DNA from: Octopus bimaculoides
Taxonomy: Eukaryota
Direction: 5' to 3'
Length of the DNA: 64,000 nucleotides
Assembly: GCF_001194135.2 (NCBI RefSeq)
Contig: NC_068982.1
Location: 152,049,159 to 152,113,158, forward strand
Below, one piece after another: positions 12,400 through 27,000 of this stretch; the stretch's first letter is position 1; each line of letters begins with the position of its first letter. Both the position numbers and the translations under genes were made by a program. The notes beneath the pieces are model-generated. The model worked only from the letters and a program-made list of their open reading frames with translations. It was not told where the DNA came from and made no database searches.

Positions 12400-14789
12400 C
12401 AGTAGAACCTTGCAGTATGAGTGCATCATAGTACGAGCAATTTGCTGTATGAGCTGAGGCTAGTGTGAATTTTTGTCTTGCAATATGAGCAGAAATCTGC
12501 AGTACGAGCGAGTTTCATACAAAGAACCACTAGTTGTCGCTGAGCTGGTACATGCTCTCCCAACAAGTGTAGCCTCCACTTGCTCAGTTCATGCGTTTAT
12601 CTCATTGTGGCAGCATCCCTATTGTGTTTTTCCCAATGTTTTTTCTTTTTAATTTTGTGGGCTTTTGTTATTATTTCATAATAATCAGTTGTATTAGCCA
12701 CGGGTCCTGAGAAGGTTAGTGACAAGGAAAAGCTGATTACAATAGAATTGAAGAAGGAAATCATTGATAAACACGGGAGAGGAGTGTGTATAGTGGACAT
12801 AGCATGTCAATATGGCCGAAGTATCAATGATCTGCACCATCCTGAGAAAAAAAGGATAAGACCAAGGCCATTACAACAGCCAAAGGTTGTCTGCAGGCTC
12901 TCTAAATAACACACATCAGTCCATGAAGAGATGGAAAAATTGCTTCTCCTGTGGATCAACAAGGAGCAACTCAGGGGATATGATGACGAAGACCATCATC
13001 TGCAAGAAAGTACGAGCACTGTATGAGGATCTCCTGAAACAGAACCTTGAGACATCAACAGAGGAGACATCATTTGTCAGCAGATGCATTTAAGGCCAGT
13101 CACAGCTGGTTTGATAATTTCAAGAAGAGGACTGGTGTCCATAGCATTGTCAGATATGGAGAAGCAGTGAGTTCTGGCACAAAGGCAGCTGAGGATTTCG
13201 TGCATGAATTCTGTCAGCTCATCACAGCTGAGGGGTACATCGCACAACAGGTATTCAACTGTGATGAAACTGGCCTTTTTTGGAAAAAATGTCCAGAAGA
13301 ACCTACATAACTGCAGAGGAGATGAAAATACCAGACCACAAGCCTATGAAAGATAGGCTAACTCTCATCCTTTGTATCGATGTGAGTGGAGACTTGAAGA
13401 TTAAGCCGTTCCTTGTCTATGATTCCAAAAATCCACAAGCATTCAAGCAACACAAAATTCTGAAGGAGAAGCTGCAGGTCATGTGGAAGGCAAATGTTAA
13501 AGCCTGGGTCACCAGGCAATTCTTCATCGAGTGGGTCGACCTTGTCCTCAGACCAGCAGTGATAAAGTACCTTCTAAAGAATGATCTTCCTCTTAGGGCC
13601 CTTCTCATCCTCGACAATGCTCCTGCTCACCTTCCTAACCTCGAAGATGATATCCTGGACAAATTTAAATTCATGTAAGTTCTGTACCTTTCACGCAACA
13701 TCACCCTATCTTCCAGCCCATGGACCAACAGGTGATTTCTAGTTTTAAGAACTTGTACACCAAACATGTTTCATCGGTGCTATGAAGTCACCAAAAATAC
13801 AAATCTAACCCTTTGTGAGTTTTTGACGGAGAACTACAACTTTTTTTACTGCCTGTAAATCATTGATATGGCCTGGCAGAGTGTAATGAAGAGAATGCTG
13901 AATTCTGCTTGGAGGTAACTATGGCCTGACTGTGTATCCAAAAAGCACTTTGAGGGGTTAGAGTTTGAGACACCTGTAGTTGAGGAGAGAGTGTCCCTTG
14001 GCAAGTCCATGGGCCTCGAGGCTGATGATAGGGACATTAACGATCTCATTGAGGAACACTCAAGGGAGCTGATGACAAATGAACTCCTACAGCTTCAGGA
14101 GCAGCAGCACTTAGATGTGGTAGAAAATATTAGTGCCCCAGAGGAGGACAGTGTAGCTGAAAAGGTTATCTCTATGAGTGACATAAAGGCTGTGTTGGCA
14201 AAGTGGTAGTATATTTCTAAATTTGCAGAAAAAAAATAATCCTGGAAAAGTATCTACAACTGCTTTACTTAATGACACTGCCCTAGTACACTTTCGTAAC
14301 ATTTTGAACAGTAGAAAAAAGCAGACTTCTCTTGATGTTTCTGATGAAACGACCAGCAAGTGTGAAAAATGAAGAAAGCATCCAAAAGCCTAAATTAAGT
14401 GAAGTGAGAAAGGAAATGCCAGAAATCATTCTTATGTCTGAAGTCTTAATGAAAGGAGATTCTCCTTCACACAGTAATCCTCCTCCTCAATATTCCATCT
14501 TTCTCACACACAAATCCTCCCATCTTTAAAGTAATACAATAAATAAAACCAGTTTACATATTTCTTTTACATTCTCTTTTATGTTTTTATAATTGTCAAT
14601 TTCCTTGTAACTGTACCTTTTCCATTTTAAAACCGATAAAAAATGGGTTTTAGGGTGGTTTTGGGGTGCTGGAATGGATTAATTATATTTTAATTAATTT
14701 CCATGGGTAAAATTGATTTGTAAAATGTGTAAATTGTAAAACAAGCTCGGTCATGTAACAAACTAAACTCGTACTGCGAGGGATCACTG
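12400..14789 (+). mobile_element. pogo/Tigger-type DNA transposon, full length, transposase pseudogene (~12700-14440)
   Basis: Imperfect TIRs CAGTAGAACCTTGCAGTATGAGT and (rc) CAGTGATCCCTCGCAGTACGAGT, each flanked by TA. CENP-B-like HTH (ITIELKKEIIDKH), FKASHSWFDNFKKR, and DDD motifs FNCDETGLFWKK, LLILDNAPAH and PMDQQVIS. Start codon reads ACG (12700); several frameshifts. Confidence 0.92.
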
Positions 14790-14954
14790 TATATATATAT
14801 ATGTATGTACATAGATATGTATGTAAATATGTATGTATGTACATATGTATGTAAATATGTATGTATGTACATATGTATGTATGTATGTATGTATGTATGC
14901 ATGCATGTATGTATGTATGTAAATATTTATTATTTATGCACGTATGTATGAATA

Positions 14955-15335
14955 GGTGCAAGGATGACTGTGTGGTAAGAAGCTTGTTCCCCAATCACAT
15001 GGTAACTGAGAGAAGCCCATCATGTATATATACACGTGTGTGTATGTGTGTGTGTATGTATATATATATATATATACATATGTGTGTGTATGTGTGTGTG
15101 TTGTGTGTGTTGTGTGTGCATGTGTGCACATGTGTGTGTCTGTTTGTCCACCACCACTGCTTGCCAACCAGTGTTGGTCTTGTTAATGTCCCCATAACTT
15201 AGCAACTGGTATAATAAGTATCAGGCTTAACAAAAAAAAGCCAGTACTGGGGTCAATTCATTTGACTAAAAGTTTTTCAAGTCGATGCCCCAGCATGGCT
15301 GTGGTCAAATGACTGAAACAAATAAAAGATAAAAA
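14955..15335 (+). mobile_element. Family B SINE copy (partly deleted)
   Basis: Head gactgtgtggtaagaagcttg..., internal TA/TG tract, tail gccccagcatggctgtggtcaaatgactgaaacaaataaaag. Confidence 0.75.
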
Positions 15336-15378
15336 CATAAATCTTTCAGTTTGCATTCATATGTTTCTGTGTGTGTAT

Positions 15379-15430
<52 letters not shown>

Positions 15431-16635
15431 ATGCATGCATGTGTGCAGACATGTGTGTAGTTATGTTTAAGATATGGTAGTTTTAATTTTCCCATATTCA
15501 TTCAAATTTTGAATTTTCTGTAAAATTCTGAGATACAATTACTTTATGACATCAGGTTCCACTAAATAATCGACCTATAAGATTTTATTTTCACAACACA
15601 GCTTTTAATATTTTGCAAGGATTTTAAAAAAAGATAAAAGATTTTTCTTTTTTAAATAGACATAACACTATTAATATTGGCTAAGGATTTTCTGTCTTAA
15701 GCTATTTTTAGACTTATCCAGGCCCAGCAAAATAAATAAACAAATAGCTAAAAATTAATAATAATCCGAAACCCTCCTGTACTATATACTTATTAAATCT
15801 ATATAACCAAAATTGAACCAAACTTTCTTACTGTCCTACAATTAGCACTTCATTATACTCAACACCCAAATTATTACAATTACTGGTGATTCTAAAGCAA
15901 GTGATAAGTAAAAGCATTTACTATTACATTTCTGGCTTTTTTTGTCTTATTTTTTTTTATATTTTTCTTTTCCTTAAGTTTTCTATAATTCTACACATTA
16001 CATTTACCACTTCTAAAAGCGTCCGAATTTAAAGGAAGGCTGGGATGTGAAATATTTGAAATTCAGAGAATGGTCACCTTGCTTCTTGAATTTTTTTGCT
16101 TGACATTTTTTTTGTATAAATATTTCATTTGCGAGTACAAACTGGATACAGCAGTAAGTAAAGTTACTGAATTTCTTTGTTTTTCAACTCTTTTTGTTTT
16201 TTTTTCTTTTTTGTTGGAGAGTTTCAGGTTTGCGATTTGATTTGATTATTAACTTTTAAATACACACATGCACATACACACACATTCTCTCACACACACA
16301 CTCACACACATACATACACATTCAGTCAAATACAAAGACATGCATTCATGCATACATAAATAATTATATATATATATATATATATCAGTGTAATTAGCAG
16401 GTACTAGGTACTATTATGTTAATAGAATGAATATTGTTACATTTGTAGATTAAAGATTTGTTATGAAAATTGCAAAGTCAGCATTGTAACAGAAACTGAT
16501 GGTTTCATCCAGGACTAAGATAATTGATGGAATCTCAGCCCAGGATGAAACCATTGGTTACTGTAAGGCACTGAACCATCAATTCCTATGACTCACACAC
16601 AATCACAAACATACATGCATACATACATACATGTG

Positions 16636-16699
<64 letters not shown>

Positions 16700-18002
16700 G
16701 GTATGTGTTTAACTTTGTTATCATCCAGTTCAAGCTGGGTTTGATTGCTTGTGAGTAGAACTAAATATGTGTGCGCGTGTGTGTGTGTGTGTTTGGAGAG
16801 ACAAACGATAGAGAAGCACTGATATACGGTAAAAAATGTTACATAAACATATACGTACACATACTTGACAAAGAAAATATATAGTCCTTGATATATCTTT
16901 ACAGCTGTTTCAAAAATTCAGTGGCTGCTTCATGCATTAATGTGCATTGCACAAACAGGTATACATACTTATGAAATAATACATATCAAATAAGTAGAAA
17001 TTGTTATTAGTACATAAACATGACATGCTAAAATGTTCAAGCTGGAAATGTTGAACTGGCAAATTTTCTCACTAAATACAAATTCTATAGAAACAGATTG
17101 ATATTTAAAAACATAAAAACATTATTAAAAATGGTAGAAAGAGGGGGATTAGCAGTAGTAAGGTGGAAGGAAGGCTGTGAGATCAAGAGCAACAACATAT
17201 AAGTAAAACTGAGGGAGTAGGCAAGAGATAAGTATGTACAAAAGAAAGAAGAGAATGAAAAATGTAGAGTATAGGAAAAAGGTCCACATTTTTGGTTATC
17301 ATCAGATTATATGCATAAATCAAAGTTTGAGGAAATCAGACTAAGGAAGGAAGATCAAAGAGAATTCATTATAAGAAACAAAAAAAAAAGAAAAATGAAA
17401 GAGGATACAAGAAAGGCATTGTCTGCTGTGCAAGTGGCAAAATGACTTCTTGTTGGTTTTATTACAATATAAGCATTCAAACATGTAACAATGCAGAAGG
17501 CAAAAGAAAATTGTAAAGGATCAAAAGTTGAGGAACAAGAAAACAAGAAAGTAACAAAATAATATAAAGGAAAATATTTCGTATATTAGTAAATGTATAA
17601 AGAGCAGCTGTAAAATGTTATCATTATATAATTATAAATAAAATTTTAAACACTTTAAAGCATCATATATATGATATGTCAAATCTAATTAGGCTCAGTT
17701 GGTATATGTAAAAGATGAATATGAATATAAAGAGGAATTTTTAAAACAGCTTTAAAGGTTATCAAGGATTATGTTTGACTATATTTGTTTTGCCAAATAT
17801 GTGCATGTTTAAATTCATGTAACATCTTTTATAAATGATTTAATGCTGTATGTAAGTGCTTGTCCATATTTTATTTCTTTATTAGCTGCTCAAAGTATAC
17901 ATTTCATATAGCTAACTTTTGTCTCACTAGCTATTTTTACCCTGAATTGGATATGGGATTTTAACAATCTGGACTAGTCTGCACACTAATCTAGTTTTCA
18001 TA

Positions 18003-18054
<52 letters not shown>

Positions 18055-18422
18055 NNNNNNNNNNNNNNNNNNNNNNNNNNNNNNNNNNNNNNNNNNNNNN
18101 NNNNNNNNNNNNNNNNNNNNNNNNNNNNNNNNNNNNNNNNNNNNNNNNNNNNNNNNNNNNNNNNNNNNNNNNNNNNNNNNNNNNNNNNNNNNNNNNNNNN
18201 NNNNNNNNNNNNNNNNNNNNNNNNNNNNNNNNNNNNNNNNNNNNNNNNNNNNNNNNNNNNNNNNNNNNNNNNNNNNNNNNNNNNNNNNNNNNNNNNNNNN
18301 NNNNNNNNNNNNNNNNNNNNNNNNNNNNNNNNNNNNNNNNNNNNNNNNNNNNNNNNNNNNNNNNNNNNNNNNNNNNNNNNNNNNNNNNNNNNNNNNNNNN
18401 NNNNNNNNNNNNNNNNNNNNNN
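18055..18422. other. Assembly gap (368 N)
   Basis: Run of N after a (CA)n tract. Confidence 1.
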
Positions 18423-18710
18423 GAGCGAGATTGTTGCCAGTGCCCCTGGACTGGCTCTTGTGTGGGTGGCACATAAAATACACCATTTTGAGCATGGCCA
18501 TTGCCAGTACCGCCTGACTGGCCTTCGTGCGGGTGACACGTAAAAGCACCGACTACACTCTCTGAGTAGTTGGCGTTAGGAAGGGCATCCAGCTGTAGAA
18601 ACTCTTCCAAATCAGATTGGAGCCTGGTATAGCCATCTGGTTTCACCAGTCCTCAGTCAAATCGTTCAACCCATGCTAGTATGGAAAACGGACGTTAAAC
18701 GATGATGATG
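18423..18710 (+). mobile_element. Family A copy abutting a gap
   Basis: High identity to 26-324; (gat)n tail. Confidence 0.85.
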
Positions 18711-21095
18711 ATATATATATATATATATATATATAATTCCCATGCTTGCATGATCAGATAAAATTTTGTTGGCAGATTTTGCTAAAGTCACATGCCCTTT
18801 CTGTATTGCCAACCATCACCTGTTTCCAAGTAAGATAGTATTTACTTTGTTCTCTTGAGTAACAAACAAGCCAATGGCTGGACATTTTTCAGCAGCAAAC
18901 TATAAACAAATAGCACCATTTGTGTGTCAGTGTGTCTTGTTTACAATTAGCTTGTTCATGCCAGGACAAGGGGACAAGACCACACATAGACATATATATA
19001 CAAGGGGACAAGTGCACACATACATATCATACATATATATATGTTTATATACATTCATAACCCTCTATCTATCTATATCAGTATGTATGTATGTATGTAT
19101 GTTTGTATGTATGTATGTATGTATGTGTGTGTGTATGTATAGGCACAGAGTCTCCTATAGTTTCCTTCTAACAAAATTAACTGGCAATGCATTTGTAATC
19201 TCACATCTATAGTTGAAGAAAGAGCCAATCATGTCTGCATAATATAAATGAAGCCAAAATCTTGTGGTTCTGAAGCAAATAGACCTCACAGACAAGTCTG
19301 TATCTAGAAATTGTTTAGTGTTCACACTTTCTATGAAATGTGAACGTACTTTTGCTAAAATATTTTAATAGGTTGTTCTTTCCTTTAATATTGTTCCCTC
19401 ACTATTTAAAAAAAAATCTCATATTTAATTCAATACCTACCATAAAGATGTTCTTAGATGTATCAAATTTACGTTATAAGAATACATTTACTAAAGAAGA
19501 AGACAACTTGTAAGCAGATACCCAGAAAATTTCACTGTTTTTTATTTGCCTATTATCATAAGACTGGTTCATGAAAAGATAATTTAGAATGACACAAAGA
19601 ACTACAGGAAAATATTTACAATAAGGTAAAATATTTCTGTCATTTTAGACATTATAAGCATTGATCAGATTCAAACTGATGGAACTTGACCCTTGTATAT
19701 ATTGCTTACCAAGTGACAGTGTTATTGATTACACTACAGAGTGCCTACTATTCACTCTTTTACAAATTAAGTTCCATAATTTTCTTCCTGCTATTTAGAG
19801 TGTGCTGCTTACCTCAAAAATAAGTCATATGCTACTCAGCACTAGCAAAATAAACTATTCTACTAAAGCCTAGCATAGCAGATTCTATTACCATGGATCA
19901 ATGCTTATGACAAGAATTAATTCTATAAATGTGAAAAAAATTAGAAACTAATAGCAAAGATTTTAATAAATGGTATTAGATATATTATATATGGAATTAA
20001 ACATTATAAGCACCAATTTGAGACAGATAAAGAGCAACAAAGTCTTTGATAAAATTTGAATCACTGTCTCAAATTCATTCTATACTATCTAATATCCTTC
20101 ACATTAATTTCTAGATGTTAATTTATAAACAAAATGTCTTTTATGTTAATAATAATGGTGAAATATCAAAGAAAGATACAGAAAGCTTTATCTTTTAATT
20201 CTAATTCCACATTATTTCTTTCGTATTGTTTTGTTAATGAATATGTGTGACTTTATCTGAAATTGAGTGACATTCCAATTTAGAGCAGGGTTAATTTACT
20301 CTTTATCCAGACAGAAAGAAAAAGAAATCCCACTAATATTTTTTTTTTCCATAAAATTGTTTTCATTTTAATATGGATCAACAATTTTTAACAAATAGAA
20401 ACAGTTGTAGTTTACACAAAGCTGTGTACTTATTGTCACAGGCTGATATTATGGTGTTACATTTTAATTTGTAAAACTTATGTTCTAATTCAATTATTCT
20501 ATGCAAAAGAAAATGCACACATACACATACTAACATGCATACATACAAATACACATGCAAATACATACATATCTATTTGTATATATACACAAAGAAATTA
20601 AGGCAGTATTATTGCATGAAACTCACTTTGGGAGTATTTCACATATTTCTCACTTATTTGTGCATGATTTATCTAGCACGCATGTTTGCATGAGTATTTT
20701 ATAAATTAACTTGAATCAAAATTTCTTTCATGTAACTATATGCAGGTTGACTAAAGTTTCAGGCACTTTGCTGTCAAAATAAGGTTATATCTTTTATTTA
20801 TTGCTTTATTCATTTATTTCCTTTGCTTTTTATTTAGGATCAAATGGCCTACATTCAATCACACTGGAAAATATATCTCTAAATCTATGACTATCTATTT
20901 ATCATGTTTCTCATTCCCTCTCTTCTTTTATTCTCACTCATATAGATAATATTCACATGTGTAAGAACACACACATACACATACACCCACCCAAAAACAC
21001 ACACACATATATATATATATACACACTCATTTATATATATGTACATAAACTCACACACACATTTGTGTGTGTGTGTGTGTGTATATATATATGAA

Positions 21096-21163
<68 letters not shown>

Positions 21164-21329
21164 TGCGTGTATGTAGATATATATACACATAGACACACAC
21201 ACATACAGGCACAGATGCATATGGACAAATATAAACATTTAAAGAATATCCTTGTTTCCAGAATCAAACATTTCTACATTACATTTCGTTTCATTTCCAT
21301 ATGTTTAGACTGATTTTGAAATAGTAAAC

Positions 21330-21480
21330 TCAGCATCAATATTTTCATTTTTAAAATATTCACCTTACAAATTTCCACCTTCAAAGTTTCCATTTTCAAT
21401 ATTCCACTTTTAATATCTACACTTTCAACATTTATACTTTCAAATTTCCTCTTTCAATATTTCCACTTGCCATAATATTT
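21330..21480. repeat. Degenerate ~16-bp tandem repeat (ATTTCCACTTTCAAA-like)
   Basis: Successive units atttccaccttcaaa / gtttccattttcaat / attccacttttaat / atctacactttcaac / atttatactttcaa / atttcctctttcaat / atttccactt. Confidence 0.55.
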
Positions 21481-23984
21481 TTTCATTCATTATATTTCAC
21501 TTTTTTCATATTAAAATTTTCTTCATTCAACACATTCACTTTGCACATTTTTTCCTACTTCATTAATTACATTTTTGTCATTGTTGTTGTTGTTGTAATA
21601 GATTGCAGAAATGTAATTAATAGTTGAAGAAAAAAAAAATACAAAAAGACAAAAAAACTCAAATTACTTCAAAATTTTTCTGACATCAGATCATTATTTC
21701 TGTTTAACATGTAGATTTCTGTCATAGTATATTGTTCTCTCTCTTTCCTTCACACACTCACACACACACACATACAAATACAAGCATATATATGATTTCA
21801 AAAGGAAACTAAGATTAATCTATTGTTTGTTAAATTTATATTTTAGTTTGAAACCAGTTTCAAGGAATATAACAACTAAAATAATATCAAGAATAAATAA
21901 GAATAAACACACTTTGATTGAGCTAGAAAAAATGTGTTTTTAATTTAAATTTATCTATAACAAAAACTTGAAACTAAAATATATTACTATAAAACTAAAA
22001 CTAATTGTCTAAACTGAATATTTAATTGCTTTATTTTGATGTATTTGTATGTAAACAGAAATATTAGCATTAGAATTTAAATATTAGTCAATGTTAAATA
22101 TAATTAGCTATCAAATACAACAGACATGGAATACACATGAAATGCATCAGATATCAAAGAATGTGGACACACACACACACATACGTACACACACACAAAC
22201 ACATCCCCACACAGATATTTCATCAAATATCAAAATAACATTATTCTTAATTTCCATCTTTTTAATTTCAATTTAGAATGATATGGAAGAACAATGGCCT
22301 CATCTCCTCCCACTAATTTTCTTTTTTAAAAAAGAATATTTTGTATGAAAAATACTCTGCATTTCAATAATTTATTGGCATTACCATCAGTGGTGTTATT
22401 ATTAATATTGATATCACTATTCTAATTATTATATTCTTATTATCATCCTCACATTATAAGAGTGTTGCATAAATATATATCTATGCAAAAATTCATGCTA
22501 CTGTGCATTTATGAGACACGCAGATAAATAGAAAATATAGAAAGGTAGATAAAAATAATGACATAGCCAAATACACACATACAATACAACAAAAATTAGT
22601 AACACACAATAAATGTATTCCTTTACATTCAGTTGAAGGAGATTGCTTGCTTAGCTAGAAATAACAACCAAATTTCTCTTAAATTGCACCCTACTGTCTC
22701 TGAACTAGTCAAAGATGGTCAGGACTAGAAGGACTAAAATACCTTTGATCGTAGCTCTGCTCAGTCAAGGCTGACTTGGGGTTTAAAAAAATAATAACTC
22801 AACCTAAACCATGCAAATACTGCAAATATTAATAACAATTTTTCTAATTTCTTCTAATTTACTTTTATTACTGTATTCTGATAATGTGTGATGATACAAT
22901 AACTTCAGTAATGAGATATGGAGTAGCCTGAAGGTGTTAGGTTCTTGATAATATTTACAGCTGCTATTCAAATATTTCTCACCAAATAAGAAATGACAAT
23001 ATATGAAAATGTTGACAGGCTTCTGATAAAAAAAAATTAGAAAGCGGCTAAGTAGAGCACCTGCATTTTGTCCTTTTAATATAAGTAGATCTCAATTGAT
23101 TTTGTAAAACCTTTAATGATTTGTTCAGATGTACATATTCCATGACTACATTTCTGTCGTGTAAAATATCCAACAGCAATTACATTGGAATGGTATTTTG
23201 TGGGTAGAAGTAGTTGTGGTGGTGAGGATGGGATGGTGGCAGAGTGAAAGATTTGCTTTTGTTTTTTTCTTTTGTTATTTGTTTTAATATCATTGGGAAA
23301 TTGTTTGACCTAGAAGCATTTCGTCGTTGCTGTTGCTGATCTTATAACTGTTGTTGTTAGTTATAATAATAGTAATAACAACTATTATGATGATGATGGT
23401 GATGTTGATTAAGGAAAAAAAAACGATGAAGGTGATTGTCTTTATTTGTTTTTTAATGTGACAATAGGCATGCAGTATGTGCATTGGAATAAAGCAAAAT
23501 TGTGTGCAGTGAATATTGAAATAATGCAACAATAGGTATGCAGTGAATACTAAAACAATGACAATATACACCTGTTTTTATTTTCTCTTTGTATTTTCTT
23601 ATTTGATTTGTATTTAGTTTGATGTTATTTACACACACACACACATGCATACAAACACACACATACACATGCATATACACATGCACATACTTTTATTCTT
23701 TTATTCATTATTGTTTTAGTCATTTGACTGCGGCCATGCTGACACACACATAAACAGTGTTGTGTCAATAAAACATGACTTAGTGATTTCACAAATATAG
23801 ATCAATACAGTAGACACTGGAGAAGATGAGATGACTAAACAATTGCTTGTGTGCCCTAACGTGGCTACTGTTCATCAACTGATAATTTAAAAGAATAAAA
23901 GAATATTTGTCTTGATTATCCTAATTCATGTCACTGACCATTCTGAGTTATTTCTCTAAATCCATTTTTGTTTAATATATATCA

Positions 23985-24410
23985 TTATCATCATCATCAT
24001 CATCACTTAATGCCCATTGTTCATGCTGGCATAGGTTGGATGGTTTGACCAGGGCTGGTAAGCTGAGGGGCTGCACCATATTCCAGTCTGATTTGGCATG
24101 GTTTTTATGGCTTGATGGGTTTTCTTCTCAAGCACAGAATATTACCAAAGGTCTTGGTCATTGTCATTGCTTTTATGAGGCTTAGTGCTCGAAAGGTGCA
24201 TTTAACATGCCACTGGCATGGATACCAGTTATGTGACAACAGCATCAGCAACATTGCCTCTGTGAGACCCAACACTCAACAGATGCTTTTTACATGCTAC
24301 CAGCATGGGTGCCAGTTGCCTCTGTGAGGTCTAACGTTCAAAGATCATGCTTCACCACCTTGTTCCATGCCTTCCTGTGTCTACCTCTTCCACAGGTTCC
24401 CTCCACAGTT
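23985..24410 (-). mobile_element. Diverged family A / RTE 3' end fragment
   Basis: (cat)n, catgctggcataggttggatggtttgac..., ccagtctgatttggcatggttt; interrupted at ~24412 by the + strand RTE. Confidence 0.55.
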
Positions 24411-24412
24411 AA

Positions 24413-25775
24413 AGATAGGCCAGAGAACATGGAGTAGGCTTTGCAATAAAGAACAGCTTGCTGAGGATGGTAGAACCAGGCATCGGTGGCCCCGAGTGGC
24501 TCTTAACTCTCTACCTCAACACTATCGAAGGCCCTGACATCCTCGTCAGTGTGTATGCTCAGACAATGTATGCTGTCCCGGATGCCAAGGATGAGTTCTA
24601 CAAGAACCTTGCATCCACTATCAAGAGCATCCCCATTAGCGAACAACTTATTCTCCTGGTTGACATCAATGCCAGAGTGAGTGCTGACAATGACTCATGG
24701 CCATCTTGCCTCAGTCCATTTGGGGTGGGGAAATCGAATGAGAACGGACAGTGATTGCTTGAGCTCTGCACCTTTCACGACCTGTGCATCACCAATGCCT
24801 TTTTCAAGACCAAGCCCCAACACAAAGTGTCTTGGAGACATCCACACTCAAATGGACCGCTTCTGCCAGGCCTGCAAGGACTTTGGGTTGACCATCAGCC
24901 TGAAGAAGACAAGCATCCTGGTGCAAGGCACACCAGCATAGCCAGCTGTCACCATCGATGATTACAAACTTGAAGTTGTTCATCAATTCACCTACCTTGG
25001 GTCCACCATCACTGACAACCTCTCTCTCGATGCCAAGATTAACAAGAAGAGAATTGGGAAGGCAGCCACTATGCTTGCACGGTTCACATCAAGAGTGTGG
25101 ACAAACCCAAAGTTGACAGTGTAAACAAAGATGGCTGTGTACAATGCCTCTGACCTTAGCACCCTGTTGTATGGCAGCAAGACATGGACCACATATGCTC
25201 GTCAGGAAAAATGCTGAACAGCTTCCATCTCAGAAGCCTACAATGCATACTCGGCATCTCCTGGCAGGACAAGGTGACCGACACCGACGTCCTGACTCTT
25301 ACTGGCCTCCCTTCTATGTACACCTTGATGAGACAACGTTGACTATGCTGGCTAGGCCACATTCACTGTATGGAGGACGGCCAAATCCCAAAAGATATTC
25401 TCTATGGAGAACTTGCAGCAGGACAGAGGAACAAGGGCTGCCTGCAGCTGAGGTACAAAGACGTGTGCAGGAGGGACATGAAGGCACTCAACATTGACAT
25501 TAACTGCTGGGAGGACCTGGCAGTGGACCACACCAGGTGGAAAAGTACACTTCTCAAACAGCTGCAGAAAAGTGAGCCTGACGTAAGGGATCAACAGCCT
25601 ACAGACCAGAATCCACACACAGATGCGATCTAAGCAACAAAGACTGTCATTCTCACATTGGTCTCCGTAGCCACAGGAGGCGCTGCTCAAGCTGAGCGGC
25701 CCAACCTAGACAATAAATAGACGGATGTGATACCCATGGTCAGCCATGATCGAAGGTGACCTTAAATAAAAAAAA
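24413..25775 (+). mobile_element. RTE-clade (BovB-like) LINE with a large internal deletion: endonuclease joined to post-RT C-terminus
   Basis: EHGVGFAIKNSLLRMVEP..LVSVYAQT..DAKDEFY..LLVDINARV..GKSNENGQ*LLELC..TKPQHKVSWRHP, then directly MDRF.QACKDFGLTISLKKT..FTYLGSTI..LLYGSKTW..MEDGQIPKDILYGEL..CDLSNKDCHSHIGLRSHRRRC, 3' UTR and A-tail. Junction at ~24850. Confidence 0.9.
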
Positions 25776-25783
25776 TATATATG

Positions 25784-25824
<41 letters not shown>

Positions 25825-25849
25825 TCATATTTGGTTTGACTTCATTATT

Positions 25850-26040
25850 ACAATAGTTAGTGTGCTGGATGAAATGCTTAGTGGTATTTTACCCATCGCT
25901 ACATTCCACCAAGGCCAACTTTACCTTTCATCCTTTCAGGGGCGATAAAATAAGTACCAGTGAAACATTGGGGTCGATGAAATCGACTGCTCTCCTTCCC
26001 TAAAACTGCTGCCCTTGCAGCATAATTTGAAACCATTATT
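25850..26040 (+). mobile_element. Family C SINE copy
   Basis: cctttcatcctttcaggggcgataaaataagtaccagtgaaacattggggtcgatgaaatcgact central block. Confidence 0.7.
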
Positions 26041-26229
26041 ACAACTAATATGATTTAATGCCAATACAAACTAGCTGGACTTGACTCCACTTATACAGAT
26101 ATTTTAATGATTATTTGTAGTAGTTTGTTATATTTGATTTGAGTCAAAACTTCTGGTACCATGTACTGCATCTTAGCATAAAACAATAATAACTATATAT
26201 ATGCATATGTAACGATTAAGTTTTTAGTT

Positions 26230-27000
26230 GAAGTTGAGGGTCACCAATTGTAATGGTTAAGATTGATTAGGTACACAATAATATGAAATGTCGGAGTCAG
26301 CAGTTGTAACAATAACAATTTGTTGTTATAACGGCATGTTGTAGGATGTGGAAGATAGGCAATGCATGAAGTTTTAAGAAGGTATTTATTTACCGTTACA
26401 TTGAAAATACCTTGCCTCGTCGGGCAGATTATAAAATCCAAGAGCATGTAAAAGAAAGTTAGATGTGGTAGAATTTTTCTTTATATAGTTTTGTGTACAT
26501 GTTGTTAGTAGTAATCCACAGATAGCAATAGAATGATGTTGTAAGAGAACAGAATTAGAGCTAGTGAAAGTTGTAGGGTCATGGGAAGGTGTCTCATAGT
26601 TGCTGATGGTAAATATCATTTCTATATCTGACCATTGTCTTTAGTAGCTGCCTTGCTTGTGATCATGATTCTGGCAGTCCATTCCTAACTGATTGAGTTG
26701 TCATGAGCCAACTCACTCAGTTGTCACCAAGTGATTACTGGTTTTTGGTTGGGGGTTCTTGCTTTTACAACTATCCAGAAGGATAGACATATCGTTGAGA
26801 ACAATGGGCTTCGTTGGTGGTACTGTGATATCTCTGTTCTAGCTTTGGGTGAAGTAGAAAAGGTTAAAAGGGTCAAGTAGTGAAGACATTATTTTGGCCT
26901 AGCTAAAGGGCAATCTGGCAAATGTAAAACTGCTGTCAGAGAAAAACCATTGTTCCACCATAAGGAAAGTTTTGTTGAACTGTTAATTTAAATTTGGCTA
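26230..27000 (-). mobile_element. Probable Penelope-like element fragment (heavily decayed)
   Basis: Minus strand shows frameshifted remnants resembling the GIY-YIG C-terminus (S.IA..LL.N..C.QNY..F..FLLHAL..PD..RQ). Motif recall only. Confidence 0.35.

Noticed and set aside
16021-16160. Donor-like gcaGTAAGTA preceded by non-repetitive sequence
   Set aside because: The phase-1 frame needed to join the S4 exon hits a stop at 16117, with no acceptor or HCN S3 motif.
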